The notes: generated from the sequence alone by a model not told the origin. Numbered from the stretch's first letter, positions 44,212 to 56,537 are shown. The stretch is DNA of 64,000 nt from an uncultured Planctomycetaceae bacterium (GCA_963785305.1 CAWAUV010000005.1:704001-768000); one strand, 5' to 3'. Made by a program: numbers and translations.

Positions 44212-44469
44212 GAGGCGCCTCAATGTCGATTTGCGGATGGGTTTGCCGACGGGGATATGAACGCGACCCCTATTCATCATAATTCGTCGCCGACCCGGGA
44301 GCCAGAGCCGGAACCGCGAAACAAGCGCGCCGATTCCATGGTCCTCCGCTCGGCGCGCCCGCGCCGGTGGCAAAACCGCGCCGCTGGCGGTCGAGAAGCG
44401 TTGGGCGCCGACGACGCTGAACTTCGCCTGGTCAGGTTCTTACATCTGGACCGATCGGGGCAGTCTCGT

Positions 44470-44614
44470 CTAGCGGTCCGCCGAAAAATATCGTCACGGC
44501 ATTTTTCGACCTCGCCAAGCGCGTCGCGGCTCGCAAAATAACGACTTCGGTCGTTGTATGGACACCGCATTCGCGCGGCGGCGCAGCCTGTTGAATAATT
44601 CAACAGGCTGCTAG
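44470..44614. mobile_element. MITE-like repeat, copy 2
   Basis: Bounded by CTAG...CTAG; shares GGCATTTTTCRACCTCGCCAAGC and the 27-bp palindrome CAGCCTGTTGAATAWTTCAACAGGCTG with 6814..6915. Confidence 0.7.
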
Positions 44615-44728
44615 GATGGGTTCCCGCCCCGCTAGCCGCGAAGCGCGCCCTGGGGCCGCGAATATTGGTCGCCGCCATTTTTGGGTCGGTTCGCCATCGG
44701 TCCGCAAATTCCTGGCCCACCAAGCTCC

Positions 44729-47700
44729 ATGACAGACGCTCCCGTTACCGCCGACGCCCGACAACGGTTCCACGAATTGCTGGGTTATTTGAACTTCTCG
44801 GCCGGCGCCGTCGACAAGCGGTTTTTGGCGAATCTCAATTTGCTCTTCGCGATCATCGAGCAGGAGTCGTCGGCGCCGGGCGCATGGCGGCGAGTGCAAG
44901 CGAAATTGACCGACGAGCTCGACAAGCTCGAACGCGAATCGCCGGTGTTCAAAGACGCCGAGCAAGCGAGGTCCGTGCTGGGGCTGGTGTTCGAGGGCTG
45001 CTTGCCGGCATATCGTGAATTTCATCGCGACCTGCTCCATCATCAGACGGAAGATTCCCTTTGGCGGCCTTTTTTCTTGGGCCGCGTGTTCGAAGCCGTG
45101 CTGCGCGAAGGGCCGCCTTGGAGCGAGCGGGATCGCATCATCGCGGACGCCATCGCGCAGCTCAATGACTATGTCGGGCATCGCCCGGTGGCGGTGCTGC
45201 ACAACGGCCGGCGCACGGAACCGTATCCGCACGAATGGACGCGCCCGTCGCCGCTTTATATTCAGGGCGCCGGGGTGGCCGTGGGGCGCTACGCGGCCTT
45301 GATCACCAAGGCGTTGGAACTCTTGGCCGGCGCCGATGCGCAACTGGCCGCGGCCGCGCATTTCGATCTGGCCTTGCTCGAGGAATTGGCGCTCGACGCG
45401 CGAGCCTACGAATTCGACCATCCGGCCAATAAGCGCCCCAACCATCACTTCGGGCAATGGGACCCGCATCTGATCGACAACCGCGGTTTTTATCGACGCT
45501 TCGTGCTCCAACAAGTGACCCTCGACGCCCTGGTCAGTCGCGTCGAGGAGCCCAGCGAAATCAGCATGGAAGAGCGGCTTTACGAGGGGGCGGCGGTGCT
45601 GGCCGGTGTGTTGCTGATGTCGTCGGCCGTGTGCGGCAGTGGACCGGGAACCCATGACTCGAATGTCTCATTGGCCACGCTCTTGCCGCGCGTGGCCGCC
45701 AACCGCGACGCTTTCTACGAACAGTTGATCGGAAAGCTCGGCGGCGAGCGCGGCAAGCGACTGCGCGGCGAGGCGCAAATCGGTCGACAGCCGCTGGCCG
45801 GAGCGCGGCAACATTTGAATCACACCCTGGTTCGCCGCCGCGCGACGCAGTTGGAACAGGTGCATCTCGCGCTGTTGTATGCCCGCATGGGGCATCGCGA
45901 GGCGGCGCTGGCCCAAGCCGCGCGGTGAGCGTGGCGTCGGCCCGCATGCGCTGCGAGATCCAGTGCCGAATCACGACCGGCGAGTTGGCCGTGGCCGCCG
46001 GCCGCGTGGACGACGCGGCGCGGCTGCTGGTCGAGGCCGAGGATTTTCTGCACCGCGCGATCGAATGCGGCGCGATGATCGATCCCTGGAGCATTCTCGG
46101 ATTTCAGGCCCAATTCAGCCTGTTTCCCTCGCCCGATAATAGCGTGCATGACCACCGGGCGGAACTGCTCGTGGAACTGGTCGAGGCGATTTTCAGCCTT
46201 TTTGCCCGCGTGTGGAGCGAAGCGGCGGCTCAAGACAATGCGCGTGTCGTCGAGCAAGTCTCCGAGGCGATGGTCAAACTGGCCGGCTGGTGGGATCAGT
46301 TCGCGACCTTGACGATCGGCTCGCTCGAAAGCTTTTCCGCCAAGGAAGCGGTCGAAAGCGCGCGACAAGTCGCCGCGGCGCTTGCGCTTGGCGTCGAGGC
46401 GGCGCCGCGGCGGGCGATATCGCCTTCTGGCGAAAGCATGTTCTCGAATTTCAATCCGCCAAAGCCTATGGACTCGTGGTGGAAGCTCTGCTCCATAAGC
46501 ATGATCTGATCGCCGCCCGCGCCCTGCTCGTGCAGTGGTCCAGCCAAGCGGGCCTCGCGCCGTTGAAACTCGGTTCACGATCATTTCATGCGCTCGCCAA
46601 GCGCTGGCTGAACGCCGCGCTCCAGGGCGCTGGCCAACCGACCGGCGCCGCGCCCGGGGCAGTCGCGTCGCTCGCGCCGAGCTTCTTCGATCATCTCGAG
46701 GCCAACGCCGAATATTTTTGGTCGGCGCCCACATTGTCCCTTGGCGGGCCGGCGAACGCGCCGCTGGTCGAGCATCAGCCGACCGACGATGCCGACGACG
46801 AGACGGGCGAAGACGATGGCGGCGGGCTCTACCGCGCCGCCTACGACGAAATGGTCTACCAAGACAGCACGGCCGACGGCGTCGACGCCGACATGCTCGA
46901 GACTCCCGGCGCGCATACCGACCTTGAACTTGAAACCGAGAGCCGACGACTCGAGGAACGGTTGACCTTTCTCTCAACCGTGGCGACGCTCTGGAAGCGC
47001 GCCGCGATCGCGTCGGTCGCCGGCGTCGCGAACGACCAGCGCGAGCGGCGTCGCGCGCCGCTGCCGCCCGAGGCCGCGCGCCACTGGCGAGCCCAGGCAA
47101 GCCAGTTCGAGGCCGATTTGCTCCGGCTGATCGACGCGACCGAGGGGTTGCGCGTGCCGGCTCCATCGGCCAATCGCGAGTCGCTCTTGGAATTCGAACG
47201 CCGGCGGTCGCTCAAGGAATCGATCTTGGAAACCGTTATTGCCACGACGGTCGCCATGGGCGATTGCCGTCGCTGGCTCGCCGCCGCCGATTCATCAATG
47301 ACGGCGGATGAAACAGCGCCGGGCTCACGCGCCGCCGGGCGCGCCAAGCGCGCCTCGGCCGCTGGCCAAGTTCCCGCGCCGGAGATCGAGATCGATGCGC
47401 GCGTCTATCACGCGATGCTGCGCGGGTCGAAATCCGCGGTGCTGGCTCTTTGGCCCAACTTGCTCGCCGAGCTCAAGAAGGCGCCGCTTTTGTATGTGCC
47501 TTTGCACAAAAGCGGCGCCGCGAGGCCGATCGTGGCGGCGCGGCAAGCGCAGCAGCGATTGCGCGATCTGTTGGCTAGCTTGCCCCGGCTCGGCATGATT
47601 CGCCAAACCTGCCAATTGATCACGGCCGCGCGGGTCATGGAAAACGACCATCCGGTCGGGGCCAACGCCGTGACCGAGTTCGATCGGCTGTTCGCGGTGG

Positions 47701-48740
47701 GATATCGTGGTCTGGTCGAGACACTGGCCGAGGTCTCGCGCGCCTGGGCGGGCCCGCTGCCGGGCGAGCGCGCCGACCGCGATCTCGTGGATTGCCTCGA
47801 AACACTCACCGAGTCGCTGCTCAAACAATGGTCGGCCCACAGCCGAACACTGCGGCTCTCGACATTGGAACGCATCGGCAGTGATCGAGAATGGCAGACG
47901 CTCGTCAGCTTCATCGAACGCTACGGCCATGACTTGTTCACGCAGCGATTCATGAATCCGGGCAATCTGCGAGCCATTTTGCGACAGGGCGTCGAGCCTT
48001 GGCTCGCGCGGCTCCAAGAGGAGCCGCCCGCCGACGAAGAGCTCAATCTGCTCGATGATTTGGCCTCGGGAGAAGTGAAACGGGCCGACGCCGCCCGGAG
48101 CGTGGGCATCGTCCTCGAGGCGGTGCTCGAAAATTACAGCGAATATCGCGACTACAACAGCACGACTACCCAGAGCGACCGCGGCGAGTTGATTTACACA
48201 TTACTCGATTTTCTGCGATTGCGCGTGCAATACGATCGCGTGGCTTGGCATCTGCGACCGGTGCTTTTGGCCCATGAGATTCTGGTGCGGAAGCAGCGCG
48301 TGGAAGCGGCCGAGCTTTGGCGCCGGGCGCTGGCGGATCGCACGGCTGAAGTGGCCGATTCGCTCCTTGCTCGCTATGAAGAACTGCGGCGGCGCTACGG
48401 AATGCGACTGCCGACCGTGGCCGATCGGTTGGCCGAACGCTTCGTGCGTCCACTATCGGTCGATCGGCTGCGGGCGCTGGTACGGCCGGCCGTGCTCGAG
48501 GTGTTGTCCGGCGAACCCGCGGTGGCGTTTGAGGTGCTGCGGCAAGAGGCGGCGGAATTGACGCAGGAACCGACCGGCGCTGGACTCGATGTGCCACAGT
48601 GGCTGCAAGCTCTCGAAGACGAAGTGGAAGCAGCCGCCAGACCCGGGGGCGACGACGACGTGGGCCTGATTCCCCAGGCGTCCATGACGCTCGAAGAGAT
48701 GCAGCGTGAATTGGCCACGCTCGAAGCTCCGCTCGACTAG
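44729..48740 (+). CDS. Large (~1330 aa) hypothetical protein (two frameshifts)
   Basis: Contiguous ORFs 44681, 45925 and 46212 with conserved-looking blocks LLGYLNFS, LALDARAYEFDHPANKRPNHHFGQWDPH and YRDYNSTTTQSDRGE. Confidence 0.75.
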
Positions 48741-49010
48741 CATCCGGCATGTTCTTGCCGGCCGGGAGCGCGCGACGCTTCCCGATCATTTCCAGCGACG
48801 AGCGGTCGCCCCCATCTTGAGGCGCCGGCGCCGTCGTTTCTTTCTCGGTTTTTTCTCGCCCTCGCGGATCGAATCGGTCGATGATGGCAGTGAGCATCCG
48901 CAAACCGTGCAAGAGGCCGCGCGATAGCGCGGGCCGGGAGCCGGCGGAAGCAGATGCCGACCGCATTGGGCGACTGCCCTCGTGGCGGCAGCCCGACACA
49001 CGGAGGTGGT

Positions 49011-49448
49011 ATGAAAATCAACACCACGCGCTTCGGCCGCGTTCAGATCGAGCATGGCGACGTGCTTGTATTTCCCCAAGGACTCTTGGGGCTGGAAGAC
49101 TGCCAACATTGGGTGCTGCTCGGCGACGCCGAAAACGAAATGCTCGGCTGGATGCAGAGCACCACCCGTCCGGAAATCGCGCTGGCGGTCGTGAGTCCGC
49201 GGCGGTTCGTGCCGGATTATCAAGTGCGCGTCGCCCGCTCGGAGTTGGCGCCGTTGTCGCTCGCGCATCCGCGACAAGCCAAAGTGCTCGTGATCCTGGG
49301 CCGCAACGAGCGTTCGATTACGCTCAATCTCAAAGCGCCGCTGCTTTTGAGCTTGGAACAACGTCTCGGTCGGCAAGTGCTGAACAACGCCGACGAATCG
49401 ATTCAATACGAACTCGACACGACCGAACCGCTGAAGCGAATTGCCTGA
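49011..49448 (+). CDS. fliW: Flagellar assembly factor FliW
   Basis: [39 protein letters not shown]; adjacent to csrA. Confidence 0.92.
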   Translation: MKINTTRFGRVQIEHGDVLVFPQGLLGLEDCQHWVLLGDAENEMLGWMQSTTRPEIALAVVSPRRFVPDYQVRVARSELAPLSLAHPRQAKVLVILGRNERSITLNLKAPLLLSLEQRLGRQVLNNADESIQYELDTTEPLKRIA

Positions 49449-49675
49449 CAACACCCCGCCCGGCGGCGGCACGAGTGTCTCGCCGGACAGCGTGCTCACC
49501 CGACGAACTGCCTGGAACAACCGGCCCACCCGGCACGATCCATCACCCCCCAAAAAACACCAGCGCCCGCCGCGCGGCCGACCCAACGAACCCTCTCGGC
49601 CACGAGGTCGCGCCTAGCGAAAGCCAGGTCCTGATTCGCGAGAATCACGGCCTAGAAACAGCAAAGGAGCCCACG

Positions 49676-50119
49676 ATGCTTGTTCTGTCGAGACAACGCG
49701 ACGAAAGCATCATGATCGGCGACAATATCGTCGTCACGATCGTCGACATTCGCGGCGACAAGGTACGGCTGGGAATCAACGCGCCCACCGAAATTCCCGT
49801 GCATCGCCAAGAAGTCTACGAAGCCATTCAGCGCGAAAACTTGCGCGAGTCGGCTCGATGTGAAAGACACGCGCGATCTGGGCCGTGGGGGCAAAACGCC
49901 GCACGGTTCGGCCGGCGCTCAAGCGCCGCCCTCGATCAGATGGGATTTCGGCGCGCGACGCGCCCCGGGAGGTTGCCACAAGCCATGATCGCGATGCGGC
50001 GAACACGAGCGAGGAGGCCGATTTTGCCGTTGGCGACGGTTCACGCGATCGCGAGGCAAAAATCAATTGCGGCTGGCGCATCACCCAAATTATCACGTAG
50101 ATTTCCCCGGGGCTCATAG
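49676..50119 (+). CDS. csrA: Carbon storage regulator CsrA (core = first ~57 aa; tail likely frameshifted)
   Basis: [64 protein letters not shown]. Confidence 0.95.
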   Translation: MLVLSRQRDESIMIGDNIVVTIVDIRGDKVRLGINAPTEIPVHRQEVYEAIQRENLRESARCERHARSGPWGQNAARFGRRSSAALDQMGFRRATRPGRLPQAMIAMRRTRARRPILPLATVHAIARQKSIAAGASPKLSRRFPRGS

Positions 50120-50124
50120 TTTAC

Positions 50125-50153
50125 CTAAAGCGCCCGGGGCCGGAGGTCGATGA
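50125..50153 (+). promoter_or_regulatory. Putative sigma28 (FliA/SigD) promoter for flagellin
   Basis: CTAAA-N16-GTCGATGA versus consensus TAAA-N15/16-GCCGATAA, ~300 nt upstream of the flagellin ATG. Confidence 0.5.
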
Positions 50154-50449
50154 ACAGGCTATGAAGCCTGCCCCGCCGCTTGAGGCGTGGCAGGCACCCA
50201 CGATCCTCGGCGACTGGCGAGGTTGTTTGATTCCCGCGATCGAAACGACTCGACAGACGTCCGCGCCCGAATCCCCAGCCGCGCTGCCCCGAAGCGTGAC
50301 TGCCTACCATAATCCGCGTTTTGCAATAACCAACCACCGCGCCGTGCAAACCACGGCCCCGCCCAAGCGAAGCCCGCGAACCCGACTCCCTAACGCGCGG
50401 CATGGCTTCGGCCCACAAATTCGACAAACCTTTGGAGGGGTGTCCGGCA

Positions 50450-52493
50450 ATGACCCGCATTAATACAAACGTCAGTTCGCTCACGGCACAGAACTCGTTG
50501 GCGAATTCGCAGAGCCAGTTGCAAACCGCCCTCACTCGGCTCAGCACCGGTTTGCAAATCAATAGCGGCGCCGACAACCCGGCCGGTTTGATCGAAGCGC
50601 AGAACCTCGGCGCCGAAATCACCGCCGACAACAGCGCGATCTCGAACAGCAATCAGGCGAACGACCTGATCTCGACCGCCGACAGCGCTTTGAGCCAGGT
50701 CGGCACCCTGCTCAACACGATTCGCGGGCTCGTCTCCGACGCGGCCAATACCGGCGCCCTGAGCAGCAGCCAAATCGCGGCCGATCAGTTGCAGGTCGAC
50801 TCGTCGCTCCAGGCCATCGATCAAATTTCGCAAACGACCGAGTTCCAAGGGAGCGTGCTGCTCAACGGCAGCCTCAACTTCGAAACCACGTCGGCCGGCA
50901 CGATCGGCGCCAAGGCCACTGGCACGTTTGGTTCGGTGGTCGACGCCAAGGCTACCGCCACGGTCGATGGCGTGACCGTCACCGCCAAATCCGCGGGCGC
51001 CACGCTCAACAGCACCACGATTACGATCACCAGCGGCGCTACCAGCGCGGGACAGGTCGAGCGCGACCTACAGCACGAGCGGCACTTCGATCACCGTCAC
51101 GATTCAGAGTGGCGTCACGACCGAGGCCCAAGTCGCGGCGGCCATCAACGCCATCTCGGGCCGTGCCTTCACCGCGTCTGGCAGCGCAAGCACCGTTGCC
51201 GCCAGCGCCACCGCGACTCTTTCCGGCGGCGCCGCGAGCAACGAGTTCACCATCGCCGCGAAGAAAAACGGCACGCAGTACAACGGCGTGACGGTCAAGA
51301 TCACCAGCGGCGCCGCCAGCGCCGCGGGCGGCGTCGCCAGCTATTCGACCTCGAGCAACACGATCACCGTGACCAGCGCTACCGCCACCACGGTCGCCAA
51401 CGTGGTGTCCGCGATCAACTCAAGCCTCTCGACGCTCTTCAGCGCCGGCAATGTCGGAACGAGCGGCGCGACGGTCACCGTGGGCACGCTCTCGGCGACA
51501 ACCTCGGGCGGCGCCTCGGCCAATTCGATTTCCGGTCTGCAAATCAACCAGGCCAACTTCGGCTCGGGAACCTCGATCCCGGTCAATGTGACGATCCAAA
51601 AGCAAGCGACCCAGGCCGAACTGATTTATTCGGCCGGCACGTTGTCGTCGGCCACGACACTCCAGATCGGCGGCTCGCAAGGCTACCAAGTCTTCGACTT
51701 CGGCTCCGGCGCCACGGTCTCGCAGATCGAGGGCGCGATCAACAACGCCAGCAATTCCACCGGCGTCACCGCGTCGGTCAACGGCAGCGGCGCGCTTGTG
51801 TTGCAGTCGCAGGGCTATGGTTCCTCGCAATTCGTCTCGGCCAACGCGCTGAGCGGCACTTTCAGCACGGTCGATAGCACCGGCGCCTCGGTCTCGCGAG
51901 CCACGGGCACCGATATTCAGGCCAGCATCAACGGTGTGCAAGCCACGGGCGACGGGCTCCAGGTGTCGCTCGACACATCGAATCTGAACCTCAGCTTCAA
52001 TGTGAGCAACTTGTACGCGAACAACTCGAGCCTGAGCTTCAATATCACCGGCGGCGGCGCCACCTTCCAGCTTGGACCGAACGTGACCTCCAGCCAACAG
52101 GTGACACTCGGCATTCAAGGCGTGAGCACGGCCACGCTCGGTGGCGCGGACGGCACCTTGTATGAGCTCGCCTCCGGCGGCGCCGCGAATTTGTCGACGA
52201 ATCCCTCGCTCGCGGCCAGCATCGTCGACGAAGTGATTACCCAGGTCACCTCGCTGCAAGGCCGATTGGGCGCCTTCCAGTCGACGACGTTGCAAACCAA
52301 CATCAGCAGCTTGACCGATGCGGTGAGCAACCTGACCAGTGCCCAGAGCAATATCCAAGACGCCGATTACGCCGCCGAAACCGCCGCGCTCACTCGGGCC
52401 CAGGTGCTCGTGCAAGCCGGCACTTCGGTGCTTTCGATCGCGAACCAGCAGCCGCAACAAGTTCTGTCGCTGCTCAAGGCGGCCGGTGGTTGA
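50450..52493 (+). CDS. fliC: Flagellin (~680 aa; one frameshift near 51055)
   Basis: MTRINTNVSSL...RLSTGLQINSGADNPAGL N-terminus; GRLGAFQ...SNIQDADYAAETAALTRAQVLVQAG C-terminus. Confidence 0.95.
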
Positions 52494-52529
52494 TCCACTT
52501 GACGCGGTCGCATCGTGAACAATGCCCTC

Positions 52530-52562
52530 GGCCCGCTCCGTCGACTCGCGATGGAGCGGGCC
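52530..52562. terminator. Hairpin between convergent fliC and ino1
   Basis: GGCCCGCTCCGTCG-ACTCG-CGATGGAGCGGGCC inverted repeat. Confidence 0.6.
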
Positions 52563-52632
52563 TTCGGCCTTTCAGGGCGGAGCAAAAGGGGCATGTCGTG
52601 AATCGCGCTCGCCCGCGATCGCGAGGCTCGAA

Positions 52633-53850
52633 TCAAGCATGGCGCGGGGCAAGTTCCGCGGCCCAGGCGTCGAGCATGCGAAACTGGTCGGCGAATGCCG
52701 GCCTGTCCACTCCGAGCGGGCTCTTGAAGAAGCTGCCCAAGAAGCGGAGCACCCCGCTCTGCCCGGCCCGATGGGCGCGCTCGGTGAAGCGGACCAAATC
52801 CAGGACCAGCGGCGCCGCGAGCAGGGAATCGCAGCCCTGCCAGATGAACTGAAACGTCATCGGCGTGCCGAGAAAGCCGCGAAAGTGGATGTGGTCCCAG
52901 GCCGTTTTCCAGTCGCCCAGGCTGGCGATGTATTCGATCGACACCAACGTCTGCGGCGAGTAGCCGAAGATTTCGCGGAGCAAGCGATCCTTGCTCGTGA
53001 CTTTGGCTTTCTTGTTTTCCGGGTCTTCGAGCACCTTGCCATCCATGTTGCCGAAGATGTTGTGACCCACCCAGCTCATCACTTCCAAGTTGCGCTGGGC
53101 AAACATGGGCGCGAGCACGCTCTTGAGCAGGGTTTCGCCGGTTTTGCCGTCGTAGCCGGCGTGGCAGGCGGAGCGCAGCGTGGCCAACTCGCCGATCGCT
53201 CGCGGCGTGGCGCCGAGCGACGGGGTGAAATTGATGAATGAATGCCCGGCGTCGAGCGCCGCGATCGCGTAGAGCGAGCTGGCCGGTAGCGGGCATTTGG
53301 CCGGCTTTTCGATCAGCTTATCGAGCGCCGCCCATTCGCTGGGTAACGACTCCGGCGCGGCGATGGCCGGCTCGGTCGAGGCCACATTCACCACCACCAC
53401 ATGCCCGAGCTTATGCCGCGCCGCGAAGCCGGCGATGTCGGCCTGCAAGCGGGCAATCGCCGCCCTGGGCGTCTCGCGGCGCACACACGCCGGATCGTCG
53501 GCCAACTGCTCAATCGTCTTGCCGACGTGAATCAATGTGCCGACGCGCAGCTCCTTTTCGGTTCGCTCGAGGTCGGGCTTCAATCGCTGCAACAGCGAGT
53601 GGTCGATCGCGCGGCTTTCGAGCGACATTTTCGCGGCTTCGTCGAACAGACTTCCAGCGCGAACATCGTGGCCGCCAACGACGAAATCTTTCCAGTAAGC
53701 GAGGTCCGCGCCCGCGAACTGGGGCAGCGCGCTGACGAGCCCCGTCTCCGAGATCCAACCGCGTTTGAGCGCCGCGAGACCGACCATGGTCGTGGTGGCG
53801 ACGCCGCCCTTGGCGCCAATCAACCAAATCCCAACGCGCGAACGAGCCAT
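52633..53850 (-). CDS. ino1: myo-inositol-1-phosphate synthase
   Basis: GIWLIGAKGGVATT, VNVASTE, FINFTPS, GYDGKTGETLLKS, NIFGNMDG, WQGCDSLLAAPLVLDL. Confidence 0.9.
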   Translation of the reverse strand: MARSRVGIWLIGAKGGVATTTMVGLAALKRGWISETGLVSALPQFAGADLAYWKDFVVGGHDVRAGSLFDEAAKMSLESRAIDHSLLQRLKPDLERTEKELRVGTLIHVGKTIEQLADDPACVRRETPRAAIARLQADIAGFAARHKLGHVVVVNVASTEPAIAAPESLPSEWAALDKLIEKPAKCPLPASSLYAIAALDAGHSFINFTPSLGATPRAIGELATLRSACHAGYDGKTGETLLKSVLAPMFAQRNLEVMSWVGHNIFGNMDGKVLEDPENKKAKVTSKDRLLREIFGYSPQTLVSIEYIASLGDWKTAWDHIHFRGFLGTPMTFQFIWQGCDSLLAAPLVLDLVRFTERAHRAGQSGVLRFLGSFFKSPLGVDRPAFADQFRMLDAWAAELAPRHA

Positions 53851-54134
53851 GAGAAACGAAACTCCGAAAAGGGGGAGCGAGGCGGGTAGGAAATATCGGC
53901 GCCCAAGCCACGCGGGGGACAGGTTCTAGCCCCGGCCGGTCGGGCAACGGTCCTGGCGGGAAACGCCCCATTATCCACGTGGCAAACTCTAATGATAGTC
54001 GCCCGGGACCAGAAAAAAGCGCGGGTTCCCGCCCGTTTGCCCGCCGCCGGGCCTGGGGGAAACCCACGCTCGGACCGAATGCGCCGGTTCTCCCAATTGC
54101 CCGGGCAGGCGCGCGACCGCCCCACGCGCGACGC

Positions 54135-55209
54135 TCACTCGCCAGCCGCGCTCTTGATCGGTGATTCGGCGAAGAATTTGGCCGAGCGCGAGGCCCTGCG
54201 TGAGATACCAGGCGGCAGAGATATGTCCGGCCCGCCACCACACGATTTCCGGCTCGCCCAACTCGCGCCACAAGGCTTCGGTGCAGGCGCGGGGAATGAT
54301 CTCGTCGTGATCGGCGTTGAGCATCAGAATGCGTCGGCCGCGCACGCGCGACGCATGCGTCACGGGATCGACCATGCGGAGCGCTTCGAAATACGATTCT
54401 CGCGTGCCGCCCTCGGCGAGCCAGCGATCGCGGACTTTCGATAAATAGGGCGATCTCCAAGCCACTTCCCCCACGCCGCCGCCCGCCAGCACGAGACACA
54501 CATTTTCCAACCGCGGCTCGGCCGAGGCCGCAAGCGCGGCGGTAATGCCGCCCAAACTGATGCCCATGATGCCCAGGCGACGCGCGTCGACCTCGGGCCG
54601 CTCGCCCAGCCAGGCCACGCCCTGCCGCACATCGAGCACCGCCTGAATCATGCCCCGGCGTGTTTCACGCGGATCGGTCGACACCATTCTCGCGCTCGAC
54701 TCCGGCTGCCGTCGCGGGCCGTAGTAAGGCATTTTCACGAACAACGCCGCGACGCCCGCATGCGCCAGCGACCGACAAAACAATCGCGATAGCGGAAAAT
54801 CGCCGCCGAGAATATGAAGCATCACGACACCCGGATGCTTGCCCGGAGCGAGCGGCTCGAAGTATTCGCAGTGTACCGTGTTGTTATTCGGCTCGGGCGT
54901 GGAGACCGGCGAGGGAAAGGTCACATTCCAAACCCGGATCACCTTCGAGGGATCTTCGATCGGCGCCTGGGTGAAATCGAAGTCGTGCTTCTCAAGGCGA
55001 AAGGGTTCCGGCAACGTGGCCTCCTCGGCCGTCGGCTCGAACCTCGCTTTGCCCACGATGGTCTCGGGCGGCTTGCCGGTCTCGGCGGCCAGCGAGCGTC
55101 CGCCAGCGGCGCGGCCCGCGCCGCCAACAGCCACGATAACAATCCACGCGGTCGTGATCGACGCGGTCGAGATCAAAGCGCCGCGGCGCCTTTTCGGGCT
55201 GATGTGCAT
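54135..55209 (-). CDS. Alpha/beta hydrolase, secreted (probable frameshift at the extreme C-terminus)
   Basis: MLHILGGD, MPYYGPRR, GISLGG nucleophile elbow, DEIIP, AGH. Confidence 0.82.
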
Positions 55210-55245
55210 GCGAGCCGCCTCCCTTCGGAACTTGCTTGGAAAACG

Positions 55246-56196
55246 CTACGCCGTTTTGGCGTATTCCGTGGCGTCGTCGACCTGTTCGAATCCGAGCTTG
55301 GCGAAGAGCTGCGTGGCCGGCACATTGCTCAAATCGACTTGCGCCTCGACCAACGAGATTCCCTGAGCCAGCAATTGGCGCAGCGCTTCCGACATGAGAA
55401 AGGTCGCCATGCCTTGCCGGCGATCTTGGGCCGCCACTTGAAAGTCGATCAGGCCCGCGGCATGCACGCCCCAACTGGTCGAAAATGGCGTCATCATCCA
55501 AAAGGTCATCGTCGCCGCTTCGCGCGCCACGCCGCGCAGCCGGAGATCGTATCGCAAACGCTCGAAATTTCCGAGCGTGATCGCGTCCCACCAGTTCGCG
55601 GCCGCGGGGTCGGTGATCGTCTCCACGCACATTCGCCGGCGGAGTTGCATCTGCGCCCGATCCACCGGCGGGCGGAAACGCGTGAGATCGCGATGCAACA
55701 CGGCGCAGCGAGTGCCTGGCTGATAACCGGCGGCGGAAAACATCGCGAGTCGCGCCGTGTCGGAGGCCAGCAAGCCCCGGCTTTCGCTGCCGCCCGCCAA
55801 ACCCGAGTAAAACGGATCGCGGCCAGCGACGCCGCCGGCGATGAAGGTTCGCGATCCTCGTCGGCGAAGGAAATCTTCGGCCCGCATGAGTAGTTCAGCG
55901 GCCAAGCTTTCCGGCTGGCCCGGGCGCACCAGCACCTGACTCACGACACCGATCGCGGCGTTAAAGCCAGCCAGTTCGCTCGTCGGGCCGAAGCCGGCAT
56001 GCGCGAGCCCGACCGCGGATTCATCTTCCAAGGCCAGGAGCAAGCCCTCGCGGTCGAAGAACGCCTTGGCGAGCACGATTTCGTCGAACATCGCCGCGCT
56101 CATCGGCTGCGCCAGACCACGCCGCTGGGGCTGACTGCGCCACAGATCGGCAACAAGCGGCGCGTCTTGATTGCGAAATGGGCGGAACTGAATCAA
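55246..56196 (-). CDS. Tandem GNAT acetyltransferase
   Basis: Two GNAT-like halves; DRRQGMATFL and NVPATQLFAKLGF; start uncertain (TTG 56196). Confidence 0.8.
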   Translation of the reverse strand: MIQFRPFRNQDAPLVADLWRSQPQRRGLAQPMSAAMFDEIVLAKAFFDREGLLLALEDESAVGLAHAGFGPTSELAGFNAAIGVVSQVLVRPGQPESLAAELLMRAEDFLRRRGSRTFIAGGVAGRDPFYSGLAGGSESRGLLASDTARLAMFSAAGYQPGTRCAVLHRDLTRFRPPVDRAQMQLRRRMCVETITDPAAANWWDAITLGNFERLRYDLRLRGVAREAATMTFWMMTPFSTSWGVHAAGLIDFQVAAQDRRQGMATFLMSEALRQLLAQGISLVEAQVDLSNVPATQLFAKLGFEQVDDATEYAKTA

Positions 56197-56537
56197 AACC
56201 CAACCTGCATTCCAAGAAAAACAACTCACCGCGACCCGCCATTGCGCCGCCGCGCCGGAATTTCCAAGCGAGGCGCCAAAGCCGCTCGGAGCCGAATGTT
56301 GTGCGGCCCTTTGTTTCCTCAGGGCCTTGGTCCACGGGCCTACTAAGTTCGACTTTCGCGGTTTTCAAAAGTTCCGATAGCCCGATTCGTCGTGGTTTCT
56401 CCGATTTCGGCGCGTTTCCGGCAACCTTCGGCCTCTCGGTAACATGCAAAAATTGGCAGTTCGGCCGTCAAACTGTGCAAAACCCACGAGAAATCGGCGA
56501 TTCGAGTGCTAGCAAAAAACGCGAAACTTGAACTAAG

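Noticed and set aside
48881..50119. 412-aa ORF containing CsrA as a fusion
   Set aside because: The upstream part overlaps fliW out of frame; csrA has its own RBS and ATG at 49676.
50160..50449. c-di-GMP riboswitch in the flagellin leader
   Set aside because: Only a GCAAACC fragment matches; the two-hairpin GEMM architecture could not be built.
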